Shown here piece after piece: positions 17,740 through 27,648 of a stretch of 64,000 bases of DNA. Made by a program: the position numbers and the translations under genes. The stretch spans positions 41,612 to 105,611 of the forward strand of contig CAWKDX010000006.1 in assembly GCA_963848485.1 (NCBI GenBank), given 5' to 3'. Source of the DNA: an uncultured Acidimicrobiia bacterium. Lineage in GTDB: Bacteria > Actinomycetota > Acidimicrobiia > IMCC26256 > JAENVU01. The notes beneath the pieces were generated by a model. That model was not told where the DNA came from. It worked only from the letters and a program-made list of their open reading frames with translations, and made no database searches. The stretch's first letter is position 1; every line of letters begins with the position of its first letter.

Positions 17740-18377
17740 CTAGTACGGGCCGAGGATCGAGAAGCTCTTCGACAGGCGCTGGAACGGCTTGGGATCCGAG
17801 CCCTTCACCTTGGCCTGGATCGTGTACAGGCGGTCCTGGGTCAGGATCAGCGTGCTGCGGTAGTACTCGTTGCCCTTGCGGAACACGATGTCCTTCACCG
17901 CGACCTTGCCGTACGGGCGTCGGCGTCGACTGCGTCACGATCTCGCCGCCGACCTGTTGCGCGAGCGAGCCGGCCGCGGTGTTGAGCGTCTCGGTGAAGC
18001 TCTCGAGCGCGGTGGCGGGCTGCGGACTCGCGGGTGACCGAGAACTGGTAGCCCGGGCCGGGGGTGCTGACGACGATCACGGTCCGGCCGCCGGCTTCGG
18101 CGCGCTCGGTCCGGTGCGGGGTGGTCGGGAGCTCGACCTTGAACTGGTCGCGGAGCGACTCGTAGAGCTGGACGTGCTTGCCGGACGCGTAGCGCTCGAC
18201 GACGGAGCCGCCGTCGGAGCCGATCAGCTGGCTCGACACGAACCAGATCGCGCAGACCGCGACGACTGCGACGCCGATCCAGGCGAGCACGAGCCCGATC
18301 GTGCGCGCGGGCCCGGAGTCACCGACGGGGATCGCGTCCAGCGCTTCGTCGCCCGTCGGGTCGATGACCTGGTTCAC
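17740..18377 (-). CDS. Hypothetical single-pass membrane protein
   Basis: TM segment IGLVLAWIGVAVVAVCAIWFV then a beta-rich domain (FKVELP...RLYTIQA...FEIL); TACGCT -10 box 8 nt upstream. Confidence 0.65.
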
Positions 18378-18449
18378 AGGGCGGGAGCGTAGGCGGCGCG
18401 GGCCGCGGCGTGGGGACGCGGGGTGCACGTCGCGATCCGGGCGGCGCCG

Positions 18450-19207
18450 TCAGCGCTCGCGCGGTGCGTTCATGCGGTCCGTGAACTCGGGTTGGCGGAA
18501 CGACCAGACCTGGTGCTCGAGCTCGAAGCGGAGCGCGTCGTCGTAGCTCGCGTGCCACGGCGCGTGACGGAGCGTGGCCTTGACCCGGGCTGCGAGCTCC
18601 CGCGGCGCGTCGGCCGCGCGGCCGGCGAGCGCGATGGCCCGGTCGAGGAGCTCGCCGTCGGCGACGCACTCCCAGGCGAGCCCGGTGGCGGCGGCCCGCT
18701 CACCGTCGAGCCGCTCGCCGAAGAGGTTCATCGCGGCGGCGGCCTGCGGACCGACCGCGCGGTCGAGCAGCCAGGTGTGGCCGCCACCGGGATGGATCGC
18801 CGATGCGCAGGAACCGCGCGTCGAAGCGCGCGCTGGTGCCGGCGATTCGCACGTCGCACGCGAGTGCGAGGTTGAACCCGGCTCCGACCGCGGGGCCGTT
18901 CACCGCCGCGATCGTGGGCATCGGGCACTCGAGGATCGCGCAGGAACCCGGCGTAGATGTCGCGCACGTCGTGGGGATTCTCGCCTTCGGCGCTGAGCCG
19001 TCGTGAGCGCGGTGACGTCCGCGCCGGAGCAGAACGCGGGCGGCGCACCGGTGACCACGAGCGCGCCGATGCGGGCGTCGGCTTCGAGCTCGTCGACCGC
19101 GGCGATGATCTCGTCGACCATCGTCTGGCTGAGCGCGTTGCGGCGCTCCGGGTCGTCGAGGGTCAGCACGCCGACCCCGTCGAACCGTTCGACGCGCAGC
19201 GGCCATC
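18450..19207 (-). CDS. Enoyl-CoA hydratase/isomerase
   Basis: [40 protein letters not shown]. Confidence 0.9.
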
Positions 19208-19217
19208 AGGCGTGCAC

Positions 19218-20256
19218 TCAGCTGTCGCCGCGCTGGACCGCGGGCGAGTGCCGGAAGAACGTCTCGACGTCGCGCTCGAACTTGTACTCGGGGTTCTTGT
19301 CGCCGACCGTGCGCTCGAGCCGCAGGCTGCGGGCGAACGAGTCGACGGTGCCCGCGGTGCTGTACTGGTAGCGGAAGCCGGTGCGCTTGAACGGGCTGTT
19401 GTCGACGCCTCGGCCGTAGCGCAGCAGGCTGAGCACCTCGGGCGGGAGATCGACGACGCGCAGCATGCGCAGCGGCTCCGCGGCCCACGCGGTGAGCACG
19501 GGCGGCAGCGCGATGCGGCGCTTCCCGACGATCGTGCAGACCTCGCTCCACGGCATCGCACCGTCTCCGGCGATGTTGTAGATGCCCGGGCACGTCCTTG
19601 AGCGTCGCGTGCAGCAGCGCGCCGGTGACGTCGTCCTCGTGGGTGAACTGGAGGCGGGGGTCGAAGCCGAAGATCTCGGGGACGACGGGCAGGCGCAGCG
19701 CGTTCGAGAACGTGGTGGAGATGTCGTCGCCGAGGACGTTCGAGAACCGCAGCTTCGTGACGGTCATGTGCGGGTTGTCGATCGCGAAGTCGCGGACGAA
19801 CGCTGCCGCGTCGAGCAGCGACCGCTCGACCCGGGTCCGCGGCGGGCGCGTGCGCGGCATCGTCTCGCGGAAGAAGTACGGGTCCTTGTAGTTCGCGCCG
19901 TACATCAGCGTCGAGCTCTTCACGATGACCTTGCGCACCGGGCTGCCGGCCGCGCCGGCCGCGGCGAGGAGGTTCATCGTGCCGATGACGTTGATCTCGT
20001 GGAGCGCGCGGCCGGAGATCTCGGTGGAGTCGACGATCAGGTGCGTGTGCAGGATCGTGTCGACCTTGGTCGCGCGCACGATCCGGTCGAGGATCGAGTA
20101 GTTCGAGTCGGCCCGGACGAACTCGGTGCGCTCGAGCGGGAGGCGGGGCTCGTCGCTGTCGAGGCCGACGATCGTCTCGATGCCGTCGATCTGCTCGAGC
20201 TGCTGCGCGAGCCGGCTGCCCCAGAAGGTGCCGAGCCCGGTGACGAGGATGCGCAT
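19218..20256 (-). CDS. NAD-dependent epimerase/dehydratase family protein
   Basis: [35 protein letters not shown]; paired with an acyltransferase as is common in actinobacteria. Confidence 0.88.
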
Positions 20257-20269
20257 GCCCGGCATCGAC

Positions 20270-21203
20270 TCAGCCGAACCAGACGCTGCGGCGGGTGCGC
20301 AGCATGTCGTAGAGGGCTTCCTGGACGCTCTCGCGGATCTTCTCCGCCTCTTCCATCACCAGCGCGCGCGGGTAGCGCTCCTGGTCCGGGTGCACGTCGA
20401 AGTGCACCGGGGGCAGGACCCGCAGCCGGAACTTCGCGGGGAGGTAGATCCCGATGCCGGCCGGACCGAACGCGAGCATGTTCGCGGTGATGGGAAAGTA
20501 GGGGAGGTTGAGCAGCGCGGCGAGCCGGCGGCTCTTGAACAGGATCGGCATCGACTCTTCCGCGCCGACGACCGCGATCGGGACGATCGGCACGCCGGAG
20601 CGCATCGCGATCTCGACGAAGCCGCCGCGCCCGAAGCGGTGGAGCTTGTACCGGTCGCGGAAGTGCTTGCCCGGTGCCCTTCGCCCCTTCGGGGAAGACG
20701 AGCGCGAGCTGCTTGTCGTCGTGCAGGAGCCGGTACGCGTTGTCGGGGTGCGCGGGCACGCCGCCGGAGCGGGCCCAGAGCGTCCCCACGACGGGCAGCG
20801 CGCGGAAGAGGTACTCGGCGAGCCCGTAGACCGGGCGCTGCAGCTCGGTCTCGATGCCGTGCATGATCACCGGCGCGTCCGACGGGATCGCGGCGGCGTG
20901 GTTCGCGATCAGCAGCGCGCCACCTTCGCGGGGAACGTGCTCGAGGCCTTCCCACTCGGCCCGGAACCAGTGCTTGTAGATCGGGTCGTAGAGCTTGCGG
21001 GCGATCGCGCGGAGGTTCTCGCTGCGACCCCAGGCGTCGACGTCGCCGCGGCGGATGCGCTGGTCCTCCGGTTCGAGGTCGAGCCGCTCCGGGCGGGGCG
21101 CCGGGACGAGGGAGAGGCCGGGCGCCGTCGGGTCGAGCGCGTCGACGTCGAGGCCGCGCTCGATGGGTCCGGGCTCGGGCGGCCGGGCCGCTGCGTCGGG
21201 CAT
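20270..21203 (-). CDS. Lysophospholipid/glycerol acyltransferase (PlsC-like)
   Basis: [13 protein letters not shown] (HX4-5D), [23 protein letters not shown]. Confidence 0.9.
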
Positions 21204-21344
21204 GGCGCCGGGTCCCGTTGCGGGAGGAACTGGACGTCACCGTCGCCGGGCAGGTCGGTCACCGTCAGAGGAAACCGCGTCCCGCGCTCCACCGCAAGCC
21301 AAAGCCTGTTCGCGCAGACACCACTGTCGCTCGGGTGTCGCGGA

Positions 21345-22679
21345 TCAGCCGCGGACCGCGCCGGTCACGAGCCAGCGGTCGGTCGTGAAGCGCGCGCCCA
21401 TCCCGACCAGGCGGGCCACCACCCAGAGTGAGAAGGCGGCCCACAGCATGAGGAGCCCACCGTTCGTAGCGACGACGAGCCCGACGGCCGGGAGGTAGAG
21501 CAAGGTCGCGCCGGCCATGGCCAGGGCGAGGTAGCGGGAGTCACCGGCGCCGATGAGGATGCCGTCGAGGACGAAGACGGCCCCGGCCACCGGTTGCAGC
21601 GCCGCGACGAACCAGAGCACCTGCTCGGCGAGCAGTGTCGACCGCCTGGCTGTCGGTGAAGAGGGGGACCAGCACGGTGCGCAGCAGCGCGGTGAGGACA
21701 CCGAGGACGAGGCCGGCGCCGATGCCGAGCTCGAGCATCCGACGGGATGCGGCCCGGGCGCCGGCTTCGTCGTTCGCGCCCGAGGAGCTTGCCGACGAGC
21801 GCCTGCCCGGCGATCGCGATCGCGTCGAGGGCGAGCGCGAGGAACGTCCAGATCTGGAACGCGATCTGGTGCGCGGCGACCGGCGACGTCCGAGATGCGG
21901 GCCGCGACCGCGGTCGTCAGCAGCAGCGCGAGCAGCAGCGATCCGGTCCGCACGATCAGGTGGCTGCCGACGACCGCGGTTGCCTTCACGCCTTCGCCGC
22001 GGGGCCGGATCTGCGCGCCCGCGCGCCGGGCCGAACGGCGGACGATCACGAGGAAGGCGAGTGCCGCGAGGACCTGCGCGGCGACGGTGCCCCAGGCCGA
22101 GCCCGCGATGCCGCGATCGAGGCCGTAGACGAGGAAGAGCTCGAGCGCGAGGTTGACGGTGTTCGCGGCGAGCGCGATCACGAGCGTCGTCTTCGTGTCC
22201 TGCATGCCGCGCAGGTAGCCCGCGCCGGCGAGCGCGACGAGGACGAAGGGCGCGCCGAGCAGGCTGATGCGGAGGTAGGTGAGTGCGAACGGTCGCACCG
22301 ATGCGGACGCGCCCATCACGTCGACGATCACCGGCGCGAGCAGGATCCCGGCGACGGTGAGGACGATCCCGAGCCCCGCGGCGAGCCAGATGCCGTCGAT
22401 GCCCTGCTCCGCGGCGGCCCGGGTGTTGCCGGCCCCGAGCTGGCGGGCGACCGCGCCGGTCGTCGAATAGGCGAGGAAGTTGAAGATCCCGAACACCGCG
22501 GTGAGGACGATCCCGGCGACCGCCAGGCCGCCGAGCGGGCGGACGCCCAGGTTGCCGACGATGGCGGTGTCGGCGAGCAGGTAGAGCGGCTCCGCGATGA
22601 GTGCGCCGAAGGCCGGAACCGCCAGCCGGACGATGTCGCGGTCGTGCTCGCTGCGACGGGCGGGCAGGCGGGGGCGCAT
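21345..22679 (-). CDS. MATE family efflux transporter (DinF-like)
   Basis: LAVPAFGALIAEPLYLLADTAIVG, FNFLAYSTT, VFVLDGILIGAGD; about 12 hydrophobic segments. Confidence 0.92.
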   Translation of the reverse strand: MRPRLPARRSEHDRDIVRLAVPAFGALIAEPLYLLADTAIVGNLGVRPLGGLAVAGIVLTAVFGIFNFLAYSTTGAVARQLGAGNTRAAAEQGIDGIWLAAGLGIVLTVAGILLAPVIVDVMGASASVRPFALTYLRISLLGAPFVLVALAGAGYLRGMQDTKTTLVIALAANTVNLALELFLVYGLDRGIAGSAWGTVAAQVLAALAFLVIVRRSARRAGAQIRPRGEGVKATAVVGSHLIVRTGSLLLALLLTTAVAARISDVAGRRAPDRVPDLDVPRARPRRDRDRRAGARRQAPRARTTKPAPGPHPVGCSSSASAPASSSVSSPRCCAPCWSPSSPTARRSTLLAEQVLWFVAALQPVAGAVFVLDGILIGAGDSRYLALAMAGATLLYLPAVGLVVATNGGLLMLWAAFSLWVVARLVGMGARFTTDRWLVTGAVRG

Positions 22680-22775
22680 CGAGCCGGACGCTACCGCGGG
22701 CCGAGCGGCCGGCTCGTACTTCGTGCCTCCCGACTGCTCGGCGTAGGTGTCCCAGCCTCATGAGATGTTCGAAGG

Positions 22776-23165
22776 GTGGAAGGTGTCCCCGCGCTTCGCT
22801 TCGCAACGGCAGCACGCCGCTTGGGCGCGGCCGCGCGGGCCTCCGGGATGATCGTCCCTGCGTTCCGGAGCCCGCCGCGGGTGCAGGGCGCGCGCCGGAC
22901 CCTGAAGCGCTACCCCGGCGGGGCGGTGGTCTCCGTCCGCCTCCGCGAGCGGACGTACGCCGATGTGGTGGACGACATGATCGACGGCGTGCTCGCGACG
23001 AACCGCGTGAGTGCGGAGTCCCGCCCCCGGCTGCGCCAGGCGTTCCAGCTCGCGCTGGGCGAGGTCGACATCGACCTGACCCGGCTCGAGCGGGAGGAGC
23101 AGGCGCAGCCGCCTACCCTGGCGCCCCAGGCCCGGGTGGCGGAACGGCAGACGCAGGCGGCTTAA
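22776..23165 (+). CDS. Hypothetical 129-aa protein whose last 12 codons lie inside tRNA-Leu
   Basis: Intact ORF with protein-like composition (VPAFRSPPR...RRTLKR...VVSVRLRER...DMIDGV); stop TAA 23163-23165. Confidence 0.7.
   Translation: MEGVPALRFATAARRLGAAARASGMIVPAFRSPPRVQGARRTLKRYPGGAVVSVRLRERTYADVVDDMIDGVLATNRVSAESRPRLRQAFQLALGEVDIDLTRLEREEQAQPPTLAPQARVAERQTQAA
23114..23119 (+). promoter_or_regulatory. Putative -10 box (TACCCT) for tRNA-Leu, inside the upstream CDS
   Basis: TAnnnT hexamer 10 nt before the tRNA 5' end. Confidence 0.45.
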
Positions 23166-23214
23166 ACCCGCCGGTCCCCTCGGGGGCGTACAGGTTCGAA
23201 TCCTGTTCCGGGCA
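23130..23214 (+). tRNA. tRNA-Leu, anticodon TAA (bldA-type)
   Basis: Acceptor stem GCCCGGG/TCCGGGC with discriminator A; D arm GGCGGAACGGCAGACGC; anticodon stem GGCGG/CCGCC, loop CT-TAA-AC; long variable arm; T arm ACAGG-TTCGAAT-CCTGT. Confidence 0.96.
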
Positions 23215-23272
23215 CCGGAAACACTGGGTTTGCTCACCGGTACGAATCGCGTAGCTCCGCTCCTGGCCCGAT

Positions 23273-23345
23273 TTGGGCACCGACGACCTCTACGCCGAAG
23301 CCGGCTACACCGCCCTCTCCCGCAGCCGATACGAGAACCGCCTGG
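23273..23345 (+). pseudogene. Fragment of a TrwC/TraI-type relaxase helicase C-terminus
   Basis: LGTDDLYAEAGYTALSRSRYENRL resembles helicase motif VI (Y-[TV]-A-[LM]-SR...N-x-L) of conjugative relaxases. Confidence 0.5.
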
Positions 23346-23466
23346 CGCAGTGTCCGGGCGCGCTGCACAGAGTCGTTCGTCAAGTCATGCCGCGGTCACG
23401 ATTTGTGGCGACCGCGAAGGACAGGCACGTCTGGAGTGATCCGTCGCGTCGTTTGGTGGAGCGCGG

Positions 23467-25158
23467 TTAGGAGTTGTTGTTGCGCGGGATGACGGGGATC
23501 TCCAAGCTCGACGGGCGGTCGGGGGTCCAGAGGATGGTGGCCTTGCCCTTGCTGCTCGGTTCGTAGTGCGTCGGGAAGTGACCGAAGAGCGGGTTGCGGG
23601 GTTCCAGGTATCGGCCGGCGACCATGAGGCGCAGGCTGTCACCCGGATGGAACAGGGTGGCGGAGGAGCTGAGCGGGATGAGTACCTCGAGCTGCTCGTT
23701 GTCCTGGACGGTTTGCAGGGTTCGGAAGCTGTGTTCGGGCTGGTGGGGCGAGCTGCGCTCGGGGTCGAGTTCGCGCAGGGCGAGGCGGAGCCGGCCTTGG
23801 GCGACGCGGTCGCGTCCGTAGCCGAAGGTGCCGTTGAACGGGACGGGTGCGTCGTGGGACCGCTTCTCGACGCCGACGAACAACCTGGGGTCGTCAGTAC
23901 CTGTGACCGCGACCTGGAGCCGCAACGTCATGGGGCCGCTGAGCTCGGTGTCCTGGTCGAACCAGTACTCGAACGCGGCTGCGTCGCGCCGCAGGTCGAA
24001 AGTGACGCGGCCGTCGCCGTGCGGGTGCTCGCTCAGGCCGCCGTCGTCGTCCAGGTACAGCTGGCGCCACTCGGTGCGGGCCAAGGGCCATTCCTGCTCG
24101 TCTCGGACCTCGACGACGTGGTCGGCCCGGTCGCGGATCTCGAGGCGCATCGTCGGCAGTACAGGGACGTCTCGTTCTCGCAGGTGCCGGTCGAAGAACG
24201 CGAGTTGCACTTGTCGGGCCGGCTCGCCGTAGAAGGTGGCCCACTTGGGACCCCGGTGGGCGTAGGCGTGGCGTTCGACCGATCCTGACTGCTGGAAGGC
24301 GCGCATCGACCCGACACTGTGCAAGTTGTTGTCGGAGAAACTTGTGCATTCCAGCATCGGGACGCGGATGCTGGACAGGTCGGGGGTGAGTGCTTCCCAC
24401 CAGTCGTCGCGCAGGGGATGCTTGCGGCGTTCGTCGGCCACGTTCGTGTTGAGACGTGCGACTTTGTTGGTCACGAAGAGCCAGATGCGGGCGAAGCCGT
24501 TTTCGACGATGCCGCCTGGGGTGAAGAAGTCGCGGTAGGCGTCGGTGAACCCCTCCCAGGGGCAGATCGCCTTCAGGGCCGGCGGGTTGAGACTGGCGAC
24601 CTTGTACTGCGACAGCGCGAGGTAGGACACGCCGAGCATCCCGACGCGTCCGTTCGACCAGGGTTGGTCGGCGGTCCAGGCGATGACCTGGGCGATGTCG
24701 TCGGCTTCCTGGTCGGACAGCAGATCACCGCGGCCATCGGAGTGGCCACCGCCACGCGTGTCGAGGTTGACGACTGCGTAGCCCTGCTGCGCCCACCAGA
24801 CGGGATCGGGCGCCTCCCAGCTGGTCTGGTCGGAGATCCGCAGCGGTTCGGGCTGATTCATGATGCGGAACTGCTTGTTCAGCTTCCACCCACCGCGCTT
24901 CTTCGTGGGAACCCTGTCCTTGCCATAGGGATGGGCCGACAAGATCACCGGGAACGGTCCGTCCCCCGCGGGACGCCACAAGTTCAGGCGCAGGGTCACG
25001 CCGTCGCGCATCTTTACCGCGACGTCCTCGTCTTTGGTCATGTCGGCCGGCATTGGGTACACGGTGACCGGCGGGTGCAGCGCCGCCCGTCGCCGCGCGC
25101 GGGCATACGCGAGGGCTCCGGGTCGGTGCCACGGCTGGTCGAGGGCGCGGTGCTGCAT
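23467..25158 (-). CDS. CocE/NonD family serine hydrolase
   Basis: MRDGVTL, PYGKD, QGYAVV..DTRG...SDG, QPWSNGRVGMLGVSYL, EWPL; jelly-roll C-terminal domain. Confidence 0.93.
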   Translation of the reverse strand: MQHRALDQPWHRPGALAYARARRRAALHPPVTVYPMPADMTKDEDVAVKMRDGVTLRLNLWRPAGDGPFPVILSAHPYGKDRVPTKKRGGWKLNKQFRIMNQPEPLRISDQTSWEAPDPVWWAQQGYAVVNLDTRGGGHSDGRGDLLSDQEADDIAQVIAWTADQPWSNGRVGMLGVSYLALSQYKVASLNPPALKAICPWEGFTDAYRDFFTPGGIVENGFARIWLFVTNKVARLNTNVADERRKHPLRDDWWEALTPDLSSIRVPMLECTSFSDNNLHSVGSMRAFQQSGSVERHAYAHRGPKWATFYGEPARQVQLAFFDRHLRERDVPVLPTMRLEIRDRADHVVEVRDEQEWPLARTEWRQLYLDDDGGLSEHPHGDGRVTFDLRRDAAAFEYWFDQDTELSGPMTLRLQVAVTGTDDPRLFVGVEKRSHDAPVPFNGTFGYGRDRVAQGRLRLALRELDPERSSPHQPEHSFRTLQTVQDNEQLEVLIPLSSSATLFHPGDSLRLMVAGRYLEPRNPLFGHFPTHYEPSSKGKATILWTPDRPSSLEIPVIPRNNNS

Positions 25159-25476
25159 GACTTCATCCTTGGGGTCGTCCGAGGGTCGCGTCGCATCGGG
25201 CGGACCCTGTGGTCCCACTGGTGCTCGATCCACTCGAGAGCAAACTCCGCGGTACGAGGCTTCGCGGTATGGGTCTTGGTGGCGGCGTCGAGCCGGGCGT
25301 TGCTCCTCGGTCAGTTCGGTTGTCAGCAGTGCAGCGTCTCATGTCCGATTGGCGGGATCGGGGAGGAAGGTGAGCTGTCGTTTGACCCAGGTAAAGCCTG
25401 GAAGTGGTGTCACGCGAAGTTCCTGCTCAGGCGGTCGCGGTGGATTCCAGTACGCGCCGTCGGACGCTCAAGCTTC

Positions 25477-25516
25477 GGCTTAACCCGCCGGTCCCCTCGG
25501 GGCGTACAGGTTCGAA
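25477..25516 (+). repeat. Direct repeat of tRNA-Leu 23159-23200 (att-like)
   Basis: GGCTTAACCCGCCGGTCCCCTCGGGGCGTACAGGTTCGAA matches the tRNA except for two single-base deletions in homopolymer runs. Confidence 0.92.
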
Positions 25517-25530
25517 CCGGGGCCAGTGCG

Positions 25531-25920
25531 TCAGCTCGGCGGGGCGAAGAACTCGAGCGCGATGTTGTCGGGGTCGCGAAACGAAAGGCCGGAGCCGTAG
25601 CCGGCGTCGACGATGCCGCCGTTCGCGATTCCGAGCTCACCGAGCTTCGTCTCCCACTCCTCGAGCTCGGCGCGACTCGCGCACACGAACGCGACGTGGT
25701 CGAGACCCACACGGCGTTCGTCGAACCTCTCGGCGCGTCCGTCGGGAAACTCGTGGAGGCCGATCAACGTTTGGCCGATCGACCACACGACGTGACGGAA
25801 CGGCCCCGTGTCCTCGTCGAGGACGGGCGCGGCTCCCAGGAGCTGCTCGTACCACGGCACGCTTTGGTCGAGATCACTGACTGTGAGCGCAACGTGGGTG
25901 ATGGTCGGGAACGGTGGCAT
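25531..25920 (-). CDS. VOC/glyoxalase family protein
   Basis: ITHVALTVSDL, GLDHVAF, FRDPDNIALE. Confidence 0.92.
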   Translation of the reverse strand: MPPFPTITHVALTVSDLDQSVPWYEQLLGAAPVLDEDTGPFRHVVWSIGQTLIGLHEFPDGRAERFDERRVGLDHVAFVCASRAELEEWETKLGELGIANGGIVDAGYGSGLSFRDPDNIALEFFAPPS

Positions 25921-26128
25921 CCGAAGTCTCCTGTCGTCGAGGCTGTGAACCGCGGCGCGATCCGCACCGACTACGGATGTTCAGCGATGGGGGATTCAGC
26001 GCGAAGGCAGAAGTGACCAACGTCGCTCCTCGTCGTCCAGCGGATCGCGCCGCGGGCGAGTGCGAATCGTCTCTCGCGCCGCGGCCGGTCCCCTTCCGGG
26101 GCGTGGCTCGGTCAGCGAGGTCGCGTCC

Positions 26129-26470
26129 CTACGTCGTGAGCAGGATCAGCGCCGAGAGCACGAGCGCTCCGACCGAGGCGACGATGGCGAATGATCGTGG
26201 CCAGGTTGCCGGGGCGGCCTCGTCTTCGAGCTTTTGGCGGAGAAGCTCGGCGACTTCGGAGTGTTGCCGGAAGCCGACCAGGACAACGGTTGCACCGCAG
26301 AGGACGATGAGTACGCCGACACCGCTGTAGAGGGCGGTCGCCGAGAGCGCACGGGTCCCCGGGTCGACGATCAGGGCCACCTTGGACACGACGAAGCCCA
26401 AGCCGAACAGGGCGATGCCAGTGCGGAGCCAGGCCAAGAACGTGCGGTCGTTCGCAAGTCGGTCGTTCAT
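26129..26470 (-). CDS. YidH/DUF202 membrane protein
   Basis: LANDRTFLAWLRTGIAL; three TM segments. Confidence 0.88.
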   Translation of the reverse strand: MNDRLANDRTFLAWLRTGIALFGLGFVVSKVALIVDPGTRALSATALYSGVGVLIVLCGATVVLVGFRQHSEVAELLRQKLEDEAAPATWPRSFAIVASVGALVLSALILLTT

Positions 26471-26520
26471 GAGCGCGGCATCATCCGTCGTCCGGGCATC
26501 TTGACGCGCAGATCGGCGCG

Positions 26521-27336
26521 TCAGGCCTTGTCGGGCTCGGCGACGTCGGTGAACAGCGCGCCCTGTCCGGCGCCAGAGCCGGCCTCTCCACCACCGCGGC
26601 CGCGCAGCACGAAGCCGAAAGCGGCTGCGGCGACGGCGCCGGCGAGGGGGCCGGCGACGTACACCCAGTACGAGGAGAAGTCGGCTCCCACGAGATCAGG
26701 TCCGAAGGTCCGGGCCGGGTTCATGGAGGTCCCGGAGATCGGGCTTCCCCACAGGCCGGCCAGAGCGATGTAGCCGCCGACGCCGAACGCACCGATGATG
26801 CCGATGTTCTGCGCACCCGAGGCGGTCCCGAGGATCACACTGACGAGTCCGAGGGTCAGGATGAACTCCATCCAGAACGCAGCCGCGTTCGAGTAGCCGG
26901 CCGCGGGGTAGTTCGAGCCGTAGATGGCCGACACATTGACGACGGACTGCAGGAAGAGACACGCGAGCGTCGCACCGAGGAGTTGGACCACGACGTAGCC
27001 CGGCACGCGCCACCAGGGGAAGTCGCGCCGCAGCGCGAACGCGATGCTGACCGCGGGGTTCAGGTGCGCACCCGAGACCTTGCCCATGAACAGGATGATC
27101 GCCATCACCATGAGACCTGGTGCGACCACGGCCGCCTGGCGGCTGATGGTGTCGGGGAATGCCTTCATCATCATCCCGCCGCCGGCGGCGACCAGCACGA
27201 GGAAGAAGGTTCCCAGTGCCTCCGAGAACAGGCGGCGCCACTCTTGGCTCGGGTTGTCGAAGTCGTTCATCGGTTCGAGGACACTGGTCTCGAACCACTC
27301 GGCGATCTTCGAGCGATCGGTGTGAACGTCGGTCAT
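26521..27336 (-). CDS. MIP/aquaporin family channel
   Basis: SGAHLNPAVS and SMNPART (two NPA motifs); six TM segments. Confidence 0.95.
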   Translation of the reverse strand: MTDVHTDRSKIAEWFETSVLEPMNDFDNPSQEWRRLFSEALGTFFLVLVAAGGGMMMKAFPDTISRQAAVVAPGLMVMAIILFMGKVSGAHLNPAVSIAFALRRDFPWWRVPGYVVVQLLGATLACLFLQSVVNVSAIYGSNYPAAGYSNAAAFWMEFILTLGLVSVILGTASGAQNIGIIGAFGVGGYIALAGLWGSPISGTSMNPARTFGPDLVGADFSSYWVYVAGPLAGAVAAAAFGFVLRGRGGGEAGSGAGQGALFTDVAEPDKA

Positions 27337-27358
27337 TGATCCGTCCCCGGTATCGAAC

Positions 27359-27490
27359 TCAGGTGAGGTCCCAGCGGTGCAGCTGGGTCTGGGTGGTGCC
27401 GTTGTTGCCGAGGTGGAAGATGGCGATACCGGCCGGCTGGAACGCGAAGGGGTCGAAGCCCGCCGGGTGCGACCGAGCCGCATGAACACG
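27359..27490 (-). pseudogene. Orphan C-terminal gene fragment (histidine-phosphatase-like end)
   Basis: Reads ...GFDPFAFQPAGIAIFHLGNNGTTQTQLHRWDLT* with no recognisable N-terminal part upstream. Confidence 0.3.
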
Positions 27491-27648
27491 AGGCTACGAG
27501 CCTTGCATCAAGTCATCATCACCCCGATGGGGTGAATCTCGATGTGCGGGCTTCGCCCAAGGCCCGTGTCGTTCGTTCCATCGGAGTGAAGCGGTTCTTG
27601 CGGAGCGGCTCATGCTCGAGAACCACGTCGATCGCGCTCGTCGGCGCG

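Larger units (their letters stand above)
23215..25516. mobile_element. Decayed integrative element at tRNA-Leu, bounded by a partial tRNA repeat
   Basis: About 40-bp copy of the tRNA at 25477-25516, a relaxase-like scrap and a cargo hydrolase; no integrase seen. Confidence 0.6.

Noticed and set aside
25240-25470. Possible IS end sequences upstream of the CocE gene
   Set aside because: No transposase, matching inverted repeat or target duplication could be identified.
25477-25516. Second tRNA gene
   Set aside because: No D arm or acceptor stem; it is only a partial repeat.
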